Source: Octopus bimaculoides (Eukaryota). Taken from it: a stretch of DNA of 63,762 nt. Numbering within the stretch: the stretch's first letter is position 1; each line of letters opens with the position of its first letter. The notes under the pieces were generated by a model, which was not told the DNA's origin, did not search any database, and saw only the letters and a program-made list of their open reading frames with translations. Below, one piece after another: positions 1-63,762 of this stretch. The stretch spans positions 33,290,977 through 33,354,738 of the forward strand of contig NC_069003.1 in the NCBI RefSeq assembly GCF_001194135.2. The letters run 5' to 3'. Made by a program: the position numbers and the translations under genes.

Positions 1-18
1 TATATATATATATATATG

Positions 19-580
19 ATGTTTTGGAAGACCACCGGTCCAAGTTTCTGGTTGATTGCAATTGGCATGATGTTCACCCCTTCTTCTCCAAACCCTAGCT
101 CTGCTATCTGTCACAGAAATGCAATATCAACTTCTGTCAGAGAAGACTACAGTCCACTGCTGATATCCCAGTTCTGGTATGTTTGAGCTCACTGCAGATG
201 TGCCAGTTGATGATGATCTGTGTAGATGGGGCCCCAAGCCAGACATAGACAAGGCAGATTGAAAGATCTCTGCTAGCAGCGAACTGTCACAAATAGGTCT
301 GTGGTGAGTCCTTATGGTCTGCCTAGCTGATTCTATTGCCCTCCAGAATCGGTCCTGCAAGTGTTGTTGGCACAGGTGGCAATCTTGACATGCCATTGTA
401 ACTCTCGATCAGCCACTGTGTGGATGATCATCCATGCTGTTTGTGGCATTGTATCATTCCCTCAGCTGCTCAGTTGTCCAAATACTGCAGTTCAAGTCAT
501 CAGCAATGACCTATGGACATTGACCAGTATGGCGGTGTCTGATGGCTTGCTCCCCTCTGATTTCATGTCAGTCTTGGCAT
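19..580 (-). mobile_element. Tc1-like transposase relic (stops and frameshifts)
   Basis: Minus strand reads MPRLT..., ..DDHPHSG*SRVT..QD..L..HLQDRF.. and WTVVFSD....RARVWRRRGE, matching Tc1 HTH and first catalytic Asp motifs. Confidence 0.8.
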
Positions 581-780
581 GCTTGCTGCATTTGGGAAAC
601 GAATGATAGGCTGGGAAATTTGGGTGCCTTTTATACCCAATGAGTCAACGTTTTGCACGTGCATCATGCTTTTCATAAAGATGCATTTGCAAGCATTACT
701 ATGATCATGAAAAGTGAGCGAGTTCAAACCCTACATGCAATCCTTGTGTTTTCAAAAGAGAGTGGTGTGGTGGTTCAGTG

Positions 781-1162
781 GGAGGTGCAATGGCCCAGTG
801 GTTAGGGCAGTGGACTCGTGGTCATAAGATCGCGGTTTCGATTCCCAGACCGGGCGTTGTGAGTGTTTATTGAATGAAAATACCTAAAAGCTCCATGAGG
901 CTCCAGCAGAGGATGGTGGGGAACCCTGCTGTACTCTTCCACCACAACTTTCTCTCACTCTTTCTTCATGTTTCTGTTGTGCCTGTAATTCAAAGGGTCA
1001 GCCTTGTCACTGTGTCATGCTGAATATCCCCGAGAACTACGTTAAGGGTACAAGTGTCTGTGGAGTGCTCAGCCACTTGCACGTTAATATCACGAGCAGG
1101 CTATTCCATTGATCGTATCAACTGGAAAACTCGACGTCGTAAGCGACGGAGTGCCAACAACA
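781..1162 (+). mobile_element. tRNA-derived SINE family A, full length with 12-bp TSD
   Basis: A/B-box head (tggcccagtggttaggg...ggtttcgattccc), (CAA)n tail, ggtggttcagtg at 769-780 and 1163-1174; homologous to 15397-15769. Confidence 0.9.
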
Positions 1163-1365
1163 GGTGGTTCAGTGACATCTTCCTCATGTCAAATTACTTC
1201 GGAATGTGATAAAATCCATATAATCTCAATATCGTGTGTGAAACAAATAATCTTTTATAGTGTGACGTTTCATTTGTAGTTCAGTATATATATGTTTATT
1301 TATACTCTCCTTTCTTTCCCTCTCACCATCTACCACTGATTCTCTATCATTCTGTACTATTTCAG

Positions 1366-63587
<62,222 letters not shown>

Positions 63588-63623
63588 GTGAGTGATTCCA
63601 GCTTTAGAGAAAGTTTTTATTGC

Positions 63624-63668
<45 letters not shown>

Positions 63669-63762
63669 CCTTCTTGCTCCTTAACAATTTGGATATGTAT
63701 ATGTCCCAACCCCTATATGCATATACATACTTGCATATGCGTGTGTATGTAGTTATATATAT

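Noticed and set aside
781-860. tRNA-like sequences here and in other SINE heads
   Set aside because: They are the 5' heads of repeated SINEs, two of them with TSDs, and no complete cloverleaf is evident.

Overview
AT-rich, microsatellite- and SINE-dense animal genomic DNA with N gaps. The repeat families suggest an octopus (inference, not a database result). Almost the whole window is one + strand gene, which I reconstructed by hand as 48 GT-AG exons (1366..63587, about 8.9 kb CDS, about 2,950 aa). It is open at both ends and intron phases are consistent throughout. Domain order: SEA (C-terminal half, GSLIV motif) - 17/18-aa S/T mucin tandem repeat - LDLa - 5x MAM - LDLa - SRCR - LDLa - TMPRSS-type SRCR - trypsin-fold serine protease with intact His/Asp/Ser - LDLa - MAM - 16x LDLa with S/T linkers - probable start of another MAM. 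This is an enteropeptidase/corin-like cassette whose protease is internal and is followed by an LDL-receptor/MALRD1-like array. The protease has a non-canonical activation site (SHY|IQYG) and a non-trypsin S1 pocket (Pro189). Introns hold tRNA-SINEs (two with clear TSDs), RTE-related tails and an RT fragment, Tc1 and mariner relics, hAT and piggyBac-like MITEs, a gag-only Gypsy element, a second LTR remnant and several long hairpins. No rRNA, bona fide tRNA or CRISPR was seen.
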